48,113 nucleotides of DNA from a virus (Duplodnaviria > Caudoviricetes): positions 1 to 48,113 of the IMG/VR virus record IMGVR_UViG_3300037631_004055. One strand, written 5' to 3'. Of the stretch, positions 45,211 to 48,113 are shown piece after piece. Under the pieces are notes generated by a model. It ran no database searches. It was not told the origin of the DNA and saw only the letters and a program-made list of their open reading frames with translations. Positions within the stretch are counted from its first letter, which is position 1. Each line of letters starts with the position of its first letter. The translations under genes were made by a program, and so were the position numbers.

Positions 45211-45219
45211 TTTTTGTAT

Positions 45220-45525
45220 TTAGTCTGTCAGAAGCTTTTTCATACGAGCCGCCATGACAATTAGCTCGGGGTTATGTTCTATAGCCCTCTGGAGAGAGTG
45301 TGTGACGCTCCAGGTACCCGGTCTAGGGTTTTTGGATACTCCACTCACTGGCCGAAGATGACCTAGGTAAATAGCGGCTTCCTGCTCTTTACCATTAAGG
45401 GTAAGTGGTTCATACCCCATCCACTCATCCGTAAGGGCTGTCGCGCACCTAGGCAACTCCCCGGGTTTAAACCGGGGAGTTGCACATAGGTCAGCGACTA
45501 TGGTTTTGTCGGTGTTATCGTCCAC
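45220..45525 (-). CDS. Hypothetical protein; start uncertain
   Basis: The track ORF overlaps the ATPase by 134 bp, whereas GTG at 45525 gives only an 11-bp overlap. Confidence 0.45.
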   Translation of the reverse strand: MDDNTDKTIVADLCATPRFKPGELPRCATALTDEWMGYEPLTLNGKEQEAAIYLGHLRPVSGVSKNPRPGTWSVTHSLQRAIEHNPELIVMAARMKKLLTD

Positions 45526-46678
45526 AGAGGTCTGAGAAGTTATCACCAACCCACTTACGCATACGAGGCTCTTCCCTAAGGGAAGGCTTTTGTTTGCATA
45601 TGGACTTGGCAACGAAGGTTCCCATGAACCCTTTACCAGACTTACCACCAGTCAAACGTCCGGCCACGGTCATGACCGCGTCGAGGTTTGACTTACTGGC
45701 GTAACCCGCCAGTTTGCAGGCAACGATCCACTTCTTGTTAAGTTCCGGTGGGATGATGCAGTTCTCAGGATCATCAAGTAAGGACTCGATGGAACCGACT
45801 GCCTCATACAACTCCAGATACTTGTATGCCTTCATACCTGCTTTGTGACCAAGGATCGCATTGATCTTAGCCCTAAGCAGTCTGTCAGAAGCTATAGGCT
45901 TCATGTAACGCTTACCATCCTCCACAACCATAAGGTCGGAGTTAACAAGCTTACCGAATTCCTCCAGCGTTCTGAAGCTGGCGAAGTTGGACTTACCGTC
46001 CCACTTGTTGGTGTCGATGTCGTAAGGCACATCGTTGTTGGAGCGCATAAACGCCGCCAACTCCGGGTACAGCCCGACTTCGTCTAGCCACTCTTGGAAC
46101 CCAGCTAAGTCTGGCTTCACCTCGTACCAAGCCATTCTATTGGCGTTGGAGAGAGGCATACGCTCAGACATACAGCCGTGATCGAGGCCATTGGATACAG
46201 CAACGTGTAACGTATTCTCCGGGAAGAACAGGTTACCGATACTGTTATCGTTCATGGCCTGCTTGCACATCTTGAACATGGGCAAGCTGGCGTCCAACAA
46301 CTCTTCCCAGTTAACGCAGATAGCATCATCTGCGTTCACGCTAGGAAGTTCCACAAAGGGAAACTCCTCGTTACCGAAGTAACAGGAGGAGCCCACTTCG
46401 CGGTTGATGGCAGGAATCCTGACATCCGAAGGCAGGTAGCTACCTGCCCGGACATCATAGTATTTCCTTCCCAACGAATCCGCGACGTGCCTGCTGATCT
46501 CAGACTTACCCACTCCGGGAAGTGCGAGGAACAGTGGGGTTGTGCAACCCCGGCGGTGTCCTTTGTGTTCAAGCGACCACGCAAGGCGGTCACTGTGAGA
46601 CTCAATTACTGCAGGCATATCTGCCGCAGTGATTGTGATAATCTCGTTGTCTTTGTTTTGGTCTATTTTAGTACTCAT
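45515..46678 (-). CDS. MoxR-like AAA+ ATPase
   Basis: ALPGVGKSE (Walker A), DVR..SDVRIP, VNWEEL (Walker B variant), VAVSN (sensor 1), NRM (Arg finger) and ASFRT. Confidence 0.8.
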   Translation of the reverse strand: MSTKIDQNKDNEIITITAADMPAVIESHSDRLAWSLEHKGHRRGCTTPLFLALPGVGKSEISRHVADSLGRKYYDVRAGSYLPSDVRIPAINREVGSSCYFGNEEFPFVELPSVNADDAICVNWEELLDASLPMFKMCKQAMNDNSIGNLFFPENTLHVAVSNGLDHGCMSERMPLSNANRMAWYEVKPDLAGFQEWLDEVGLYPELAAFMRSNNDVPYDIDTNKWDGKSNFASFRTLEEFGKLVNSDLMVVEDGKRYMKPIASDRLLRAKINAILGHKAGMKAYKYLELYEAVGSIESLLDDPENCIIPPELNKKWIVACKLAGYASKSNLDAVMTVAGRLTGGKSGKGFMGTFVAKSICKQKPSLREEPRMRKWVGDNFSDLCGR

Positions 46679-46753
46679 AAGGTTATTATGTGTCTTTGGT
46701 ATTGGGAGAATTAATCTCCCGGGTTTAGAGATGGGGGTTTTTAATGGGGGTTT

Positions 46754-48031
46754 TTATGCATTCTCCTCAAGGAAGAATGGCGCGGCTAGTTCTAGGTAGT
46801 TCCACTCATGGGGTGGCATCCCGAACGGGTCAGGAAGACTGCATCCCAGTTGACTGAGTATACCTTCATAGAACTGCTTGTGTTTGCGGACCCAATAGTA
46901 GCTGAATCCTCGGTTGTTGTGTTCAGTGAATGTCATTGGCGGGAGGTTTCTTAAGTCCTCCTCACCTTCATTAGTCATGGGCTGACCCTTAACGACTAAC
47001 AGACTACTCCGAACACGTGGCTCTACGCTTGGAGTCCTAATACTCCAATCCTCATAGCCGAACTGCACCTCCGTCAGATGCCCCACGGTTTGCGCAAAAC
47101 GGTATTCCCATTCAGTGTCCGTCGATATTTTCAAAAGACTGGTACAGGCGCTGTCTGGGGCGCTCGTAAGCTCCTCCATAACCTCGCTTGCCCATGAACA
47201 CCGTTTACTAAGCGACTTGAATTCGCTCAGTAACTTTAGGAATTTCCTGTTGTGCGGAGGGGTCACATCACCAGCTTCTTCAAAGGTTAGTGGCGCAAAC
47301 GGGCCACCATCCCCTTTAATTAAGGAACGTGCTTCGTCCATCAAGTCACTCGACAAGTTGTCTAATGACAACTTCATCTGACCTAGTGGGTTTGACATGT
47401 CCCTTAGGGCGTTCTCCTTTTGGACAGCACCATAAGCTAGGGAAGCTACAGCATCTTCGAAGGGCTTAACAAAGCACTCCTTGTAGCGGTCCTCACCGTT
47501 ACGGCGATAGTCATCTATCTCCGAACGGTTTAGCCCCCTCTCGCCTGAGCGATAGGTGTAGTCACTAGCCTGCTCTGACCAGTCTAAGCGAGTTGTGCCA
47601 TTCTCTGGGTGTTTACCCAAAGTTAACATTTTCGCCGCGACTGCCGTCGGCTTCTCTACAGCCATGAGTTTCCTGTAAGAAAACTTCATGGTTATACTTA
47701 CCGCCGGATGTCTACTGGTCCCATCCAACTCGATTTCTCGGGTATCTATACCCCCGTTCTGACCCAGCTTTTGGAGCCATGCCAGTTTAGTTCGTTGAGC
47801 TAAACTACGGAGTTGATTACTCGACCTAGAGGACATATCTAGATGCCTGTGGTCTGCGGCATCCGCCCATCCCCAGTTCACTATAAAAGTGTGGAAATGA
47901 GACAGGATAGGATGAAACATACTAGCATCATCCTTATACCACAGTGTTCCTCCAGAAAGTCGGAACCGTGATGTCGATCCCCTTCCATGGGGATTTTCTA
48001 CTATTAGTTTGGTTAGTTTATCAATATTCAT
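46754..48031 (-). CDS. Hypothetical early protein (425 aa)
   Basis: Long ORF flanked by related intergenic hairpins; no motif recognised. Confidence 0.7.
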   Translation of the reverse strand: MNIDKLTKLIVENPHGRGSTSRFRLSGGTLWYKDDASMFHPILSHFHTFIVNWGWADAADHRHLDMSSRSSNQLRSLAQRTKLAWLQKLGQNGGIDTREIELDGTSRHPAVSITMKFSYRKLMAVEKPTAVAAKMLTLGKHPENGTTRLDWSEQASDYTYRSGERGLNRSEIDDYRRNGEDRYKECFVKPFEDAVASLAYGAVQKENALRDMSNPLGQMKLSLDNLSSDLMDEARSLIKGDGGPFAPLTFEEAGDVTPPHNRKFLKLLSEFKSLSKRCSWASEVMEELTSAPDSACTSLLKISTDTEWEYRFAQTVGHLTEVQFGYEDWSIRTPSVEPRVRSSLLVVKGQPMTNEGEEDLRNLPPMTFTEHNNRGFSYYWVRKHKQFYEGILSQLGCSLPDPFGMPPHEWNYLELAAPFFLEENA

Positions 48032-48113
48032 TGATTTGGTATTACCCCCTAATTAAAGGGGGGATTGGTGTGTTTATTTATGTGGGGGTTTTGGGATCAC
48101 CCAATACTATGAT

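Overview
The window is part of a tailed dsDNA bacteriophage genome (podovirus-like, with large internal virion proteins). It has three blocks. (i) 1-1439, minus strand: a truncated SF2 helicase, a RuvC-like resolvase and an RHH regulator. (ii) 1496-36449, plus strand, late genes: terminase large subunit, portal, a Gly-Ser repeat protein, scaffold, major capsid, a holin/spanin/endopeptidase lysis cassette, tail and adaptor genes, two glycosyltransferases, internal virion proteins and a 5152-aa giant protein with zincin HExxH and SAP-like motifs. (iii) 36689-48113, minus strand, early/accessory genes: a tail-type lysozyme, two more glycosyltransferases, an exported protein, a small HExxH protein, a (p)ppGpp-hydrolase-like HD protein, tandem paralogs and a MoxR-like AAA ATPase. 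The leading candidate for a new system is four glycosyltransferases of different families together with structural proteins carrying Gly-Ser/Gly-Thr repeats, suggesting phage-encoded, proteoglycan-like virion O-glycosylation. Other highlights are a switch-like structured leader upstream of the capsid gene, a multi-stem element at the convergence point, and a three-copy covarying hairpin motif between early genes. All calls come from reading motifs by eye; no searches were run. No tRNA, CRISPR array, integrase or transposase was seen.
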